The notes: generated by a model not told the origin, from the sequence alone. Positions 29,008 through 39,571 are shown, counted from the first letter of the stretch. The stretch: 64,000 nt of DNA from Myxococcota bacterium (GCA_965140415.1 OZ223209.1:2016001-2080000); one strand, 5' to 3'. A program made the numbers and translations.

Positions 29008-29895
29008 TCAGTTTTCCCTGTTGCGGTCGCGGATCAAGCCTTCCTGTGCGGTAGAGGCGATCAGTTTGCCGTCGCGGCTGAAGATGCGACCGAAATTCAA
29101 ACCGCGCGCCCCGGTCGCGCTGGGACTATGCATGGCGTACAGCAGCCAGTCGTCCATTCTGAAATCGTGATGGAACCACATGGCGTGATCCAAACTGGCC
29201 ACCTGCATCGTCGGATCCCAGAACGTTCGGCCGTGTGGATACAACGACGTTCCCACCAGTCCGAAATCCGAGGCATACGCCAGCAGATAGCGGTGAATGA
29301 CCGGGTCGTCCGGGAGTTCCTGTAAGGATTTGAACCAGGCAAAGCGCACCGGCTCCTGTTTCTCCGGGGTGAATGGGTCTACCGGATTGACAGGGCGAAT
29401 GACGATAGGACGGTCACAGAGCAGCTTGTTGCGCAAGAATGCCGGGATTTTGTCTTTGACTTTGCGCGCCAGTTCCAACTCGGAAACGAAGCCTTCCGGG
29501 CCCGGAACCTGCGGCATGACTGCTTGATGCTCGAAACCTCTTTCGCGAAGCTGGAAGGAAGCGGACATTGAAAAGATGGCCCGACCTTTTTGAATGGCCA
29601 CCACGCGCCGGGTGGTGAAGGAGCGACCGTCGCGGATGGGATCAACATCGTAGACAATCGGCAGCTTTGGATCGCCGGGACGAAGGAAATAGGCGTGTAG
29701 ACTGTGTACCGGGCGAGCCTTTTCCACGGTTTGAGAGGCCGCCGACAAAGCCTGCCCGAGCACCTGACCTCCGAAAATATTGCCGAAGCCCAAGTCCTGG
29801 CTTTTACCCCGGAAAATGTTTTCCTCGATCTTTTCCAGGTTGAGTAAGGTCAATAACTCCGCCAATACATTTTTCTGTTTTCCGCATTCCGTCAT
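29008..29895 (-). CDS. tesB: Acyl-CoA thioesterase II
   Basis: FGGQVLGQAL, HSLHAYF, YASD, SLDHAMWFH, QEGLIR. Confidence 0.95.
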   Translation of the reverse strand: MTECGKQKNVLAELLTLLNLEKIEENIFRGKSQDLGFGNIFGGQVLGQALSAASQTVEKARPVHSLHAYFLRPGDPKLPIVYDVDPIRDGRSFTTRRVVAIQKGRAIFSMSASFQLRERGFEHQAVMPQVPGPEGFVSELELARKVKDKIPAFLRNKLLCDRPIVIRPVNPVDPFTPEKQEPVRFAWFKSLQELPDDPVIHRYLLAYASDFGLVGTSLYPHGRTFWDPTMQVASLDHAMWFHHDFRMDDWLLYAMHSPSATGARGLNFGRIFSRDGKLIASTAQEGLIRDRNREN

Positions 29896-30190
29896 TGGTT
29901 ACCTCAATAATTCATCGCAAAATCACGCCTTAAAGACGTTTTAGCAGGCCGTTTTCATCCAAGATTATAGTATTATTTCGGTGGAGAACGCAGGCAAATC
30001 TCAATTCTTTTCAGGCTTCTGGTTACCAGCTAGCATTGTTTTTCGTTAATGGAAGCTCGGCAATCATAACCAATTCATTACATTGAAACGAACGAAATCT
30101 AATTGTTCACTCATCAAATCATGACTTAACCCCTGTAGTACATCTACCTGAAGACGTTGACTCGTCAACAATCAAATAGGGAGGATAACC

Positions 30191-31819
30191 ATGATCGCCG
30201 GCGTTCAGAAAAATATTCCGAACATGCAGGGGATATCACTTCACAGTATCGTGGACGTTGTCGCTGTAAAAGTTACGTTGCTGCTTGTGGCGCTATTTCT
30301 AGTTGCCTGCGGGTCATCCGATCAATTGGATGAGGAACCGGTTAGCGAAAGTCAGGAGGAAACGACTGCCGCCGGATATGGAGCGGAACGTTCGAATGTG
30401 TTTGCATCCTGTGACCCCACAACGGATGAACAGTGGATCGATTTCGTTCACGTTGCGGATCTACATGCTCACTACGCGGTGAAGGAGAGTCATCTACAGG
30501 ATAGTCCGTACGCTCGTATCAAGGAGTTTCAGTACGAAATACTTGAAGAGAATCCTTTTACATTGTTAACAGATGGCGGTGACGATCATGAAAAGGGTTC
30601 CGTCGCCGAATTGATCAGCAATGGCGAAAGCACTAAAGAAATTGTGGATGCCATGGATTTCGATTTGCGGGTGATCGGCAATCACGATTTCGCATACGGC
30701 GAAAACCATCTTCTGGAATTTTCAAACGACTTGGACCATGTGGTGCTGGCTTCCAACACGAGCTATACGGGGGGATCTGAAATCGGATTCGGCGCATCGG
30801 AGTTTTCCCTGTTGCGTGTGGGATGTGTCACAATCGGCGTCTTCGGTATGGTTGGAAAACCCTGGAACGAGCATCACCGGCAATACAATGGCCAGTTTAT
30901 GGAAAACTTTGAATCCCGCTTCGACTTGTCCACCCGAGCGACGGAATTGACGAAGAAATTACGTGAAAAGGGTGCGGAACTGGTTGTGATGGTCAGTCAC
31001 CTGGGATTGAGCTTGGATGAGGACGTGGCGCAGAATGTGAATGATGCTTTAGAAGAACAAGGGAAACGCGGTCTGGATGTGATACTGGGTGGCCATTCCC
31101 ATTCCAAATTACGGGAACTTCGCAAGATCGGAGATACCCGCATCGTTCACGCGGGAAGTAAGGCTCAGTACATCGGACATCTTCGAATTCTGGTGAACAA
31201 CGATAGCGGTCAGATTGAAGAAGACGAATTCGAGTTGGTCGACAACGGTCCGGGAAGCCGTGAGCCGGACCCGGTGATGCAGGCCGTTATTGCAGAAGTG
31301 ATGGATACCTACGCTCCTGAAGCCTTTCATGTATTGGGTGCAGTCAGCCGCGATATGGATCATATCGAACTGGGAGATCTGGCAGCCAGAATCGCAAAGG
31401 AACGCCTGGCAGCACAGGCGGCGCTGATTCGCCAGGAAGTCAATACGCCAACCTGGGAAAAGGGGATGTTGACTCAGCAGAACATTCTGGATACGTTCCG
31501 TGTCAACCGCATGCCCAGTGGTACTCCCGGAATAAATAGCTTATTTCTGACTACTCTTCCGGCGGATGACTTATTCAGTCTGTACGATCCGCTGCCAGAT
31601 GGCTGGAGCTTCATTGGCCCGAGTTGCATCAAACCCGGTGTGAGTTACCGTATTGCCATCCAGAAGCGAGCCGCACTAAATCCCGAAGACGAAACGCCGT
31701 TGCCTTTGACATTGACCGATCCACAACCGGTAATGGAATTATGGGAACTGGTCGAGGAATATGCTCGGGAGCGGAATGCGGAAGGACTCTTTTTGGATAG
31801 CGATTCTTCCATATTGTAA
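30191..31819 (+). CDS. 5'-nucleotidase-like metallophosphoesterase lipoprotein
   Basis: DLH, DGGD, GNHDF, SHLG and GGHSH motifs; lipobox LVAC. Confidence 0.85.
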   Translation: MIAGVQKNIPNMQGISLHSIVDVVAVKVTLLLVALFLVACGSSDQLDEEPVSESQEETTAAGYGAERSNVFASCDPTTDEQWIDFVHVADLHAHYAVKESHLQDSPYARIKEFQYEILEENPFTLLTDGGDDHEKGSVAELISNGESTKEIVDAMDFDLRVIGNHDFAYGENHLLEFSNDLDHVVLASNTSYTGGSEIGFGASEFSLLRVGCVTIGVFGMVGKPWNEHHRQYNGQFMENFESRFDLSTRATELTKKLREKGAELVVMVSHLGLSLDEDVAQNVNDALEEQGKRGLDVILGGHSHSKLRELRKIGDTRIVHAGSKAQYIGHLRILVNNDSGQIEEDEFELVDNGPGSREPDPVMQAVIAEVMDTYAPEAFHVLGAVSRDMDHIELGDLAARIAKERLAAQAALIRQEVNTPTWEKGMLTQQNILDTFRVNRMPSGTPGINSLFLTTLPADDLFSLYDPLPDGWSFIGPSCIKPGVSYRIAIQKRAALNPEDETPLPLTLTDPQPVMELWELVEEYARERNAEGLFLDSDSSIL

Positions 31820-31857
31820 TTGCGGGGTGATCGATCGATTCGGGGCTGGGACTACAC

Positions 31858-32373
31858 TCAGGTTTTATTGCGGTCGATCAGCTTCCGCACCGTGTCCACC
31901 AGGTTACGACCCCCGGCGGTGAAGCCGGTCAGTAACTCGACACGCTGCACGAGTCGGGAGGCGGCACGCCGCTCCGCAGCGCTTTCGCCGTTTTTCTTAA
32001 GCTGTATGCCGTCGGCCAGCAGTTCCAGAAATTCCTCGTGTACGGCGGTGATCTGGCGCGACATGCGATCCAGCATGAAACTGAGCGTCACCCGCCACAG
32101 ATCGGTCACCGCTTCGTAATGTTCTTTGCGGGAACCTTTTACCCAGACTTTGCGGGCAAAGCCGCCTTCCATCAGGGTTTTTAATGCCGTGCTGACGTTG
32201 CCGCGCGATGCGCCGGACAATTCCATGATCTCATCCTGGGTCAACGGACGGTTCGACAGTACCAGCCGCCCCAGAACGCGCCCCTCCGAAACACCCACAA
32301 TGCCGATATCTTTGGCAAAGCGGCCCATTGCCTCAACGAGTTGGTTTTCGAGATCCGCGATTACGCGCGCCAT
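31858..32373 (-). CDS. GbsR/MarR-family transcriptional regulator
   Basis: GRVLGRL..PLTQDEIMELSGASRGNVS..GSRKEHY. Confidence 0.85.
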   Translation of the reverse strand: MARVIADLENQLVEAMGRFAKDIGIVGVSEGRVLGRLVLSNRPLTQDEIMELSGASRGNVSTALKTLMEGGFARKVWVKGSRKEHYEAVTDLWRVTLSFMLDRMSRQITAVHEEFLELLADGIQLKKNGESAAERRAASRLVQRVELLTGFTAGGRNLVDTVRKLIDRNKT

Positions 32374-32527
32374 TTTCAAACCTTTTTGAAAATCATAAAA
32401 ACAAAACCACTTTATCCTATTGTGTGCAGTGCGTCAAGAGCAGGATGACGCGTCATTTTGTCGCTTGCCTATTCAAGGACAGCCGCTATAATAAGCTTAC
32501 ATTCAATAGCTTTATAGAGGTTGAACG

Positions 32528-33769
32528 ATGTTGCAGGCTGGATTCGGAAAACAGGAGATCACCCCGGCTGGGACGACGTCATTGGCTGGGTATTTCACGT
32601 GGTTGAAGCAGCGTCGCTCCAGCCATATCCGCGATCCGCTTTTTGTGCGCGCGATCGCTTTGCGGGACGGCGACACGACCTTGATTCTATTGGCTTACGA
32701 TCTGCTGCTGATCACCGATTCCATGCAACGCGACCTTTGTGCGCGTCTTAAAGGCTGCGGTGCAACGGTGATCGTGCATGCAACTCACACCCATTCCGCA
32801 CCGGGAGGCTATTGGAATACCTTCACCGCACGCTTGGCAATGGGAGCTTATAAGCCGGGTATGATGGAGTTTCTCTGTCATGCAGGGGAGGGCGCAGCCA
32901 GGCAGGCGATGGATGCATTGGCTCCCTGTCACTGGTCGGTGCGTAGCGGTCATCTGCCCGAACTGGCCAAAAACCGTCGCGACGAAAACGGCCCGGTGGA
33001 TGATGGCTTGTGGGCGCTGCGTTTCATTCGAGACGCCAAGGAAGACAAAGAGGGGCTGTTGGTGGGTTTCTCCGGTCATCCGGTGATCGTTGCGGAACGC
33101 GAACCAGGCGCCGTTTCCGCAGATTTTCCCGGAGAAGTCGTGCGGCGTATTGAGGAAAAGGTGGCTTTCGCTGCATTTGTAAACGGTGCGCTGGGCGGGG
33201 TAGACGTTCACTTTCCTGATGTGCCGATCCCGGTGGAACAGAATTTACAGGAGCAGGCCGAACCGATTGTAACCGAAGCGTTGAAAGTCCGCCGTCGCCC
33301 AAAACGCAAAAAGGCCGGTTTGCGCATCGCTTGGCGTGAGTTTGCATTGCCACCGCGTGCGCAGGTGACTCCGACCTTCAAGGATCAACCGGGATGGCGC
33401 ATTCTCACAAAACCATTGGCGGCGCTGGCGTCTACGCTGTTCGACAGGGCGGAGATTCGTTCATATACGCTCAAAGGCTTTGCGCTGGGAGATGTATTGT
33501 TTATCGGCACCCCTGCTGATCTGGGCGTGTCGGTGAGTCTGGCTATTCAGCAATATGCCCGCGACAAGGGCTTTGCCTTTCCCTTCGTTGCCTCGCAATG
33601 CGATGGCTATATCGGATACCTGCACCGAGAGTCGGATTATGAACGGACGCCCAGCAAGGAGACGCGCTCCATGGCCATCTATGAAAATGTCATGAACATC
33701 TTTGGTCATGCTGCCGGAGAAGAACTGCTGACCAATGCATGCAGCTTGATCGATGAGTTGGTGGTGTAG
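32528..33769 (+). CDS. Neutral/alkaline ceramidase-like N-terminal-domain hydrolase
   Basis: EITP..LAGY, DPLFVRA, ATHTHSAP, HP and SADFPG motifs. Confidence 0.75.
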   Translation: MLQAGFGKQEITPAGTTSLAGYFTWLKQRRSSHIRDPLFVRAIALRDGDTTLILLAYDLLLITDSMQRDLCARLKGCGATVIVHATHTHSAPGGYWNTFTARLAMGAYKPGMMEFLCHAGEGAARQAMDALAPCHWSVRSGHLPELAKNRRDENGPVDDGLWALRFIRDAKEDKEGLLVGFSGHPVIVAEREPGAVSADFPGEVVRRIEEKVAFAAFVNGALGGVDVHFPDVPIPVEQNLQEQAEPIVTEALKVRRRPKRKKAGLRIAWREFALPPRAQVTPTFKDQPGWRILTKPLAALASTLFDRAEIRSYTLKGFALGDVLFIGTPADLGVSVSLAIQQYARDKGFAFPFVASQCDGYIGYLHRESDYERTPSKETRSMAIYENVMNIFGHAAGEELLTNACSLIDELVV

Positions 33770-33772
33770 TTG

Positions 33773-34975
33773 ATGGAACACATGTACGTATGGATGCTTT
33801 CCGGGGGAGTTGCGGCTCTGCTCTTGCTGATTGTCTTGATCTGGCGGCTGACTGTATCTGCGCGACAGGCTCGGCGCGATTTGGAGCGGCAGCAGTTGCA
33901 GACGCGACTGGAACAGGTCGAGCATCATGTGGCGCAGTCACTCGCTGATGTATCGGAAAAAACCGCGTTGCGCCTGAACGATCTGTCCGAACGGCTCGAT
34001 GCCAAATTTCAGCAGACGGCGCAAATCCTGGCACAGAACCTGGGCGATGTGTCCGGTCGTATCGATAAACGCCTGGGAGACAGCATTCAAATGGCCCGGC
34101 ATTCCTCCGAGCAGACCAACCAACGTCTGGAAGGAGCAAGCCGCGCCGTTGGCGATGTGCAGGCCCGGTTGGTGGAACTTTCCGAAGCCAACCGCCGTAT
34201 TTTCGAGTTGGGTCGCAGCATGAAGGAGTTGCAACAGATCTTGAGCGCACCCAAGCTGCGCGGTGTGCTGGGGGAAATCTTATTGGGAGAACTACTCGGT
34301 CAGATTCTCCCTGCCAGTCTTTACGAATTGCAATATGCCTTTTCTACGCGGGAGACGGTGGATGCCGTGGTGCGACTACAGGGAGGCATTTTGCCCATCG
34401 ACGCCAAGTTTCCTTTGGAGAATTTCCGCAAGCTGGCTCAGGCCACCGATCCGGACGAACGCGGGAAAATCAGGCGCGTCTTTCTGCGGGATGTCAAAAA
34501 GCGCATCGATGAAATTGCGACGAAATATATTCGGCCCGACGAAGCCACACTGGAGTTGGCGCTTATGTATATTCCGGCGGAAGGTGTTTATTACGAAAGC
34601 TTCCTGCGCCCCGATTCATACGGGGCGGACTTGTCCGACTACGCCCTTTCCCGGCGCGTGATTCCCGTTTCTCCCAATAGTCTGTATGCCTATTTGCAGA
34701 TCATCCGTATGGCGGCTCGTGGTTTGCAGGTGCAGTCGCATGCCCGCGAAATACTGGATCTGCTCGGTTCCTTGAAAGTGGAATTCGATCAGGCGAAAGA
34801 CGAAGCCGCCAAGCTTGGTCGTCATCTTGGCAATGCTGTAAACAGCCAACAGGCATTGGATCGCCGTCTGGATCGGCTGGGGAATACGCTGAAACGCCGG
34901 GATGACCTGTTCGACTTGCCGGAAAACTCACCTGGAAATGGAGAAGAGTTGGCGAGTCGAGATGCTTCAAGGTGA
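33773..34975 (+). CDS. rmuC: DNA recombination protein RmuC
   Basis: N-terminal TM, coiled coil, RGVLGE, IDAKFP, MYIPAEG, VSP. Confidence 0.92.
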   Translation: MEHMYVWMLSGGVAALLLLIVLIWRLTVSARQARRDLERQQLQTRLEQVEHHVAQSLADVSEKTALRLNDLSERLDAKFQQTAQILAQNLGDVSGRIDKRLGDSIQMARHSSEQTNQRLEGASRAVGDVQARLVELSEANRRIFELGRSMKELQQILSAPKLRGVLGEILLGELLGQILPASLYELQYAFSTRETVDAVVRLQGGILPIDAKFPLENFRKLAQATDPDERGKIRRVFLRDVKKRIDEIATKYIRPDEATLELALMYIPAEGVYYESFLRPDSYGADLSDYALSRRVIPVSPNSLYAYLQIIRMAARGLQVQSHAREILDLLGSLKVEFDQAKDEAAKLGRHLGNAVNSQQALDRRLDRLGNTLKRRDDLFDLPENSPGNGEELASRDASR

Positions 34976-35051
34976 CCGATTTGTGCTGTCGGGGTTTCGA
35001 TCAACAGTCAGTATGCCAATCTGCTGGTCAGTTGTGGGAGGCCTGGATCGT

Positions 35052-36560
35052 TTATTGTACCACTTTCGCAACTAATGCATTTTCGTCTTTGTATACAATC
35101 TCGAACCCTTGGCCGGTATTGATCTGAGCTAACAGACCAGCGGCAGTTCCCGAGAACAGTTTTGAAATCACAACATAATGAGAATTGAATCTACTGACGA
35201 TGATGTGATTTGCGTTGGCGTTAGGTTTGCGTAACAGTAGAATGAAGTCTTTGTACAAATCTGCGTCGTAATAGGCCATTAGCGAATGGTTTGCACCTTC
35301 GGTGTAGCGGTATTCCGGTGCATAGTACAGCAGTTCGGAAAAGTCACCGCTGTAAACGTTAAAAATGACAGACCCCTTTTCCACGTTCGCCTTCAGGTAT
35401 TGGGTAACCCCTTTCATCCGTTCCGGGGTGAATGCGGCTTTCTGACGCAGATTGTATAGATCCGGAATCGTATGCATCGAGGCTGCGATCAAGGCTACAG
35501 CTAAAAGAGCCGCTCCCAGTGTATTACCCAATTTCTTACGAGCGGTTTCCTCGCTTAGCAGAAATCCTACTGCAAGTATCGGGAAAAGTCCGAAGTATTC
35601 AAAAAAGCGTACCGAGTGTACGGTTGCTGCGAAGTACAGCACGCAAAGTGCAAGCAAGTGCAAACTTTCCACTTTGGGTATTTTGCGATTGAGTAAATGC
35701 AGGCTCATGGCAATTCCCAATAGAATCAATGGGATAGTGCATTCTGTCAATACTCGGAAGATGCTTAATCCGTGCCATTCCGCAGGAGCGGCGACTCCAA
35801 CTGGGGAGTGGGATAAAAACAATGTATGACCCACCAGAAACGTGATTGAGTTGGGGAAGGTCGGGTTTAAAACCAGCGATACGGAAAAGCCGAGCACTGG
35901 TGCAAGCAGCAACGTAGACACCCACTTTCCCTCTCGTAGTCGAACGAGAAAAAAGTAAAGGAAAGCGATTGGAATTATTTGTAAAGAAGCATGATAAAGC
36001 CAGCCATAAATCAATGACACAATAAAAATCGGTACTTTTTTCCTTTGGTACAGCGTGTGTAAGAACAAAACGAGAAAGAATACGGATGCGGTGACCGGGC
36101 GAGGCATCAATAGGCGTTCAGCAAACGGCATGATCCCTAGAAATAGTAATAATAACAGCAATGTAGGGAAGCGTAATTTCATTTTGGCAAATAGAATGCC
36201 GACTGCCAAACAAACCAAGGCCAGCCATACCAATGTTGCAGTGGAAGTGGCAAGCAGTGGATCATCGATCAGCAGTGCAAAGGGAGAGAGGAGCAGATTG
36301 AACAGCAAGTGTTGATCGGCGAAATGCGTCGCCAGATCGGAAAATGGCAATGTCGGAAATTGCCGTATAAAACCATGCGTTGCGTAAAGCTTGGCCATGG
36401 CGAGATGGTAGTAGCCTAAGGGGTAATTCGTCGCATGCTTGGCTCCCAAGTACATCGCAGCAAGAATCAGTACAAGAATTGACACAGCAATAAAAGTAGC
36501 GATTTGCAGGGACTTTTGAGGTTTGGAATGAAGGGAGGAAACCTCTATTTGGTTAGCCAT
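35052..36560 (-). CDS. Polytopic membrane protein, probable GT-C-fold glycosyltransferase-like
   Basis: About 11-13 hydrophobic segments; YHL..FP.LPF..FADQHLLF loop; EW and RF.EY motifs; soluble C-terminal domain. Confidence 0.6.
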   Translation of the reverse strand: MANQIEVSSLHSKPQKSLQIATFIAVSILVLILAAMYLGAKHATNYPLGYYHLAMAKLYATHGFIRQFPTLPFSDLATHFADQHLLFNLLLSPFALLIDDPLLATSTATLVWLALVCLAVGILFAKMKLRFPTLLLLLLFLGIMPFAERLLMPRPVTASVFFLVLFLHTLYQRKKVPIFIVSLIYGWLYHASLQIIPIAFLYFFLVRLREGKWVSTLLLAPVLGFSVSLVLNPTFPNSITFLVGHTLFLSHSPVGVAAPAEWHGLSIFRVLTECTIPLILLGIAMSLHLLNRKIPKVESLHLLALCVLYFAATVHSVRFFEYFGLFPILAVGFLLSEETARKKLGNTLGAALLAVALIAASMHTIPDLYNLRQKAAFTPERMKGVTQYLKANVEKGSVIFNVYSGDFSELLYYAPEYRYTEGANHSLMAYYDADLYKDFILLLRKPNANANHIIVSRFNSHYVVISKLFSGTAAGLLAQINTGQGFEIVYKDENALVAKVVQ

Positions 36561-36839
36561 TCGATGGTTCGCTTTCGTGAAGATTGTGTGTCCAATTCAA
36601 ATAAATGCTATCCTAAAAATGGAAATTCAACAAGAAAATTAAGGGCTAAGGCAGATTCTGAGATCAAGCTGAAAATTATTAATTTAAGGTTGCGTAATGA
36701 TTATAGGCAAAACTGTGTCGGCTCTTTTGTCTGAATGCAATAAAGTGCAGAAAATGCAAACATCAAATGTCAATATTTTTGAAATAAGCAGAATATAAAT
36801 ATAGTGAATTCTAAAAAATGCGAAATAAGAAGAAAACAG

Positions 36840-36868
36840 TTGACAGTTTTGTGTAGCGAGGGGTAGCT
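36840..36868 (+). promoter_or_regulatory. Sigma70 promoter of amtB operon
   Basis: TTGACA-17 nt-TAGCTT. Confidence 0.6.
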
Positions 36869-36898
36869 TTTCCTAAATGAATGACAAGGAGAGTTACC

Positions 36899-38239
36899 AT
36901 GCTTCGCCAAATGGAAATCAAGTTGGACAGGGACAACAAGATCTCGATAGGGATGCTGCTGCTGTTGCTTTTTCTGCCGAATGTAGCTTTTGCCGAATCG
37001 GGAGCGGCGACTTTGCCGGTGGATACGGGAACCACGGCCTGGATGCTCATTTCCACAACACTGGTTCTGTTGATGGTGCCCGGTCTGGCGATGTTCTACG
37101 GCGGTCTGGTGCGAACCAAGAATGTCTTGGGAACGATGATGCACAGTTTCGCCGCCATGGCGATTATCGGTGTGATATGGACTGTATTCGGATATGCCAT
37201 GGCGTTTGGACCGGGGACAGGCTGGGCCGGTTGGGACTGGGATCTGGTGTTGCTTCGCGGTATCGATAGTGGTTTGATGCCGATTGACGTCAATGGTCAG
37301 CAGATGGCGATTCCCATGCTGGTATTCGCCATGTTCCAGGGGAAATTCGCCATTATTACTCCGGCTTTGATTGCAGGTGCTTTCGCCGAGCGTGTACGCT
37401 TTAAAAGCTACTGTATTTTCATAGCTCTATGGAGCATCCTGGTGTACAACCCGCTCTGTCACTGGGTCTGGTCGGGCGATGGTTTCCTGGCGGGAAAAGC
37501 GATTGATTTCGCTGGCGGAACGGTCATTCATATCAGTTCCGGTGTGGCCGGTCTGGTCATTGCGCTTTTCCTTGGATCGCGCCGAGGCTATCCTGCAACT
37601 GCCATGCATCCTTCCAGTCTGGTTATCACCATGATCGGGGCAGGGCTGTTGTGGGTCGGCTGGTTCGGTTTCAATGCCGGCAGCGCGGTTTCCAGTGGCT
37701 TGCAGACCGCTCAGGCTTTGACTGTCACACAGGTTTCGGCGGCTATGGGCGCATTGACCTGGATCGTGATCGAAAGCATTCATCTTAAGAAAGCCACAAG
37801 CCTGGGGATGGTCTCCGGTATCTTGGCGGGACTGGTGGCCATCACTCCGGCGGCTGGAGATGTGCAACCTGCTGGTGCCATCGTACTTGGCGCGTTGGCT
37901 TCGATGATCTGCTACGGCGGTATCCAGTTGAAAAACCGTCTTGGTTACGACGACTCGTTGGATGTGTTCGGTATTCACGGCGTAGCGGGAATTGTTGGCG
38001 CCATCGGACTGGCGTTTCTGCTTCGTCCAACCGAAGGACGCCCGCCATTTCTGGAGCAGTTGATGTACCAGGGAGAAGGGGTGCTTATAAGCATCGTGTA
38101 TTCCGCTGTAGTGACCTTGGTACTTGTAATTGCTATCGAAAAGCTGTTCGGTTTCAAGATGAGCGAGACGGAGCAGATGGTGGGAATGGATCACGCTCTG
38201 CACGGGGAGCATGCTTATGGATTGTTGAATCTGGACTGA
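36899..38239 (+). CDS. amtB: Ammonium transporter
   Basis: FYGGLVR, DFAGGTVIH, WFGFNAGS, DDSLDVFGIHG; both pore His present; AAGGAG RBS. Confidence 0.96.
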   Translation: MLRQMEIKLDRDNKISIGMLLLLLFLPNVAFAESGAATLPVDTGTTAWMLISTTLVLLMVPGLAMFYGGLVRTKNVLGTMMHSFAAMAIIGVIWTVFGYAMAFGPGTGWAGWDWDLVLLRGIDSGLMPIDVNGQQMAIPMLVFAMFQGKFAIITPALIAGAFAERVRFKSYCIFIALWSILVYNPLCHWVWSGDGFLAGKAIDFAGGTVIHISSGVAGLVIALFLGSRRGYPATAMHPSSLVITMIGAGLLWVGWFGFNAGSAVSSGLQTAQALTVTQVSAAMGALTWIVIESIHLKKATSLGMVSGILAGLVAITPAAGDVQPAGAIVLGALASMICYGGIQLKNRLGYDDSLDVFGIHGVAGIVGAIGLAFLLRPTEGRPPFLEQLMYQGEGVLISIVYSAVVTLVLVIAIEKLFGFKMSETEQMVGMDHALHGEHAYGLLNLD

Positions 38240-38289
38240 ATGATGCTACAGGATTGATTGTTTAACGCATCGAAACGGAGAACGAAGCC

Positions 38290-38631
38290 ATGAAAATGAT
38301 TGTTGCCATCATTCAGCCGGATATGCTGAACCAGGTTAGAGAAGAACTGGTTAAAGCGGAGATTACAAGGATTACCGTCAGTCGCGTAGCCGGGCGAGGC
38401 CGAGCGACGGAAACCTATTTGTATCGCGGTCAGGAAGTTCCTCCGACGCTTCATCCGAAAATCCGGTTGGAGATTGCCTGTAATGACGAATTCGTCGATA
38501 TCACCGTAGATACCATCCTCAAGGTGGCTCGTCACGGAGATGGAACTACGGGCGATGGAAAGATCTTTATCCTGCCCTTGGAAGAATGTATCCGCATCAG
38601 TACGGGGACACGTGGAGGAAAGGCGATTTAG
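38290..38631 (+). CDS. glnK: P-II nitrogen regulatory protein (amtB-linked)
   Basis: MKMIVAIIQP, YRG, PK, GDGKIF, IRISTG; directly downstream of amtB. Confidence 0.9.
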   Translation: MKMIVAIIQPDMLNQVREELVKAEITRITVSRVAGRGRATETYLYRGQEVPPTLHPKIRLEIACNDEFVDITVDTILKVARHGDGTTGDGKIFILPLEECIRISTGTRGGKAI

Positions 38632-38643
38632 AAATCGAATCTG

Positions 38644-39570
38644 CTAGGATTCATCGAGCTTGCGGTTTCGATTGAACGCGGCGCGGGGCAGTGGTTGAAT
38701 GACTGTCGGTTCGCTGGTGTAAGGCTGGAATTCTTCGCCGCCATATAACATGTAATAGCGCGTCCAATGACCGTCGCAGCGATCCTGAAACACACAGTGC
38801 TCGCAGGCGTCGGCATGGGCTTTATCCGGATGTTTTGTGTATGTATACTGTTGCTGAATGGTCATATATTTATCGGCGCAGTCTTCATAACCTTTCAAAA
38901 AGCAGATCGGAATACCGCAGATGTCCGGTACACGACCAGTAACGCCAAGCTTGCGACACTCATCCAGTGCCGCATGTAGCTCCGCTTGAAAGTCCGTGAT
39001 TTTTGGAATCAGAGCCGGTGTCTGCCAGGCACGGTAGTAGGGATTGATCACGCTGAACACTAATTCCACTTTCGAGCCGAACAGGCGATGCATCACCCGC
39101 ACATATTCGGACATATGTCGCATATTCGGTGTGCAGATCACGTAGTTCAGCGTAACGGAAACACCTTGGTCCAGTAGGTTGCGGATGCCTTTCAATGTTA
39201 GTCGAAATCCACCGGGACGGCGGGTCAGATAGTCGCTTAGAGCTTCAGTGGCTGCGTGCAGCGACACAAAGCAGTCCGTCAGTCCAGCGTTTACCAATGA
39301 TGCCGTAAAGTCGGGATCGGCAAAGCGCATGGCGTTGGACTGGATACTGGCGCGGCGTTGTTTTTGCCGGATATAGTCGAGCAGTTTCGGTAGCATCGGC
39401 GATAGCGTCGGCTCGCCACCGGATATCTCGATTGCTTCATCCGAGGCGACGTTATCCAGAATGTGTTGAATGTCCGACCATTTGGAAGTGAGATCCTGAG
39501 TGTTTTTCGGATCGGCACCGCAGAACAGGCAATTCTGGTTGCAGTGTTTTTCGATCCGAAGCAGTGTCAT
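38644..39570 (-). CDS. Radical SAM protein (third of three)
   Basis: CNQNCLFC, SGGEPT, PIC and CEHCVFQDRCDG; GAGGAG RBS before ATG 39570. Confidence 0.9.
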   Translation of the reverse strand: MTLLRIEKHCNQNCLFCGADPKNTQDLTSKWSDIQHILDNVASDEAIEISGGEPTLSPMLPKLLDYIRQKQRRASIQSNAMRFADPDFTASLVNAGLTDCFVSLHAATEALSDYLTRRPGGFRLTLKGIRNLLDQGVSVTLNYVICTPNMRHMSEYVRVMHRLFGSKVELVFSVINPYYRAWQTPALIPKITDFQAELHAALDECRKLGVTGRVPDICGIPICFLKGYEDCADKYMTIQQQYTYTKHPDKAHADACEHCVFQDRCDGHWTRYYMLYGGEEFQPYTSEPTVIQPLPRAAFNRNRKLDES

Positions 39571-39571
39571 C

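Noticed and set aside
36736-36749. NtrC site upstream of amtB (TGCAATAAAGTGCA)
   Set aside because: Spacing is shorter than the 17-bp NtrC dyad and the promoter looks sigma70-type.
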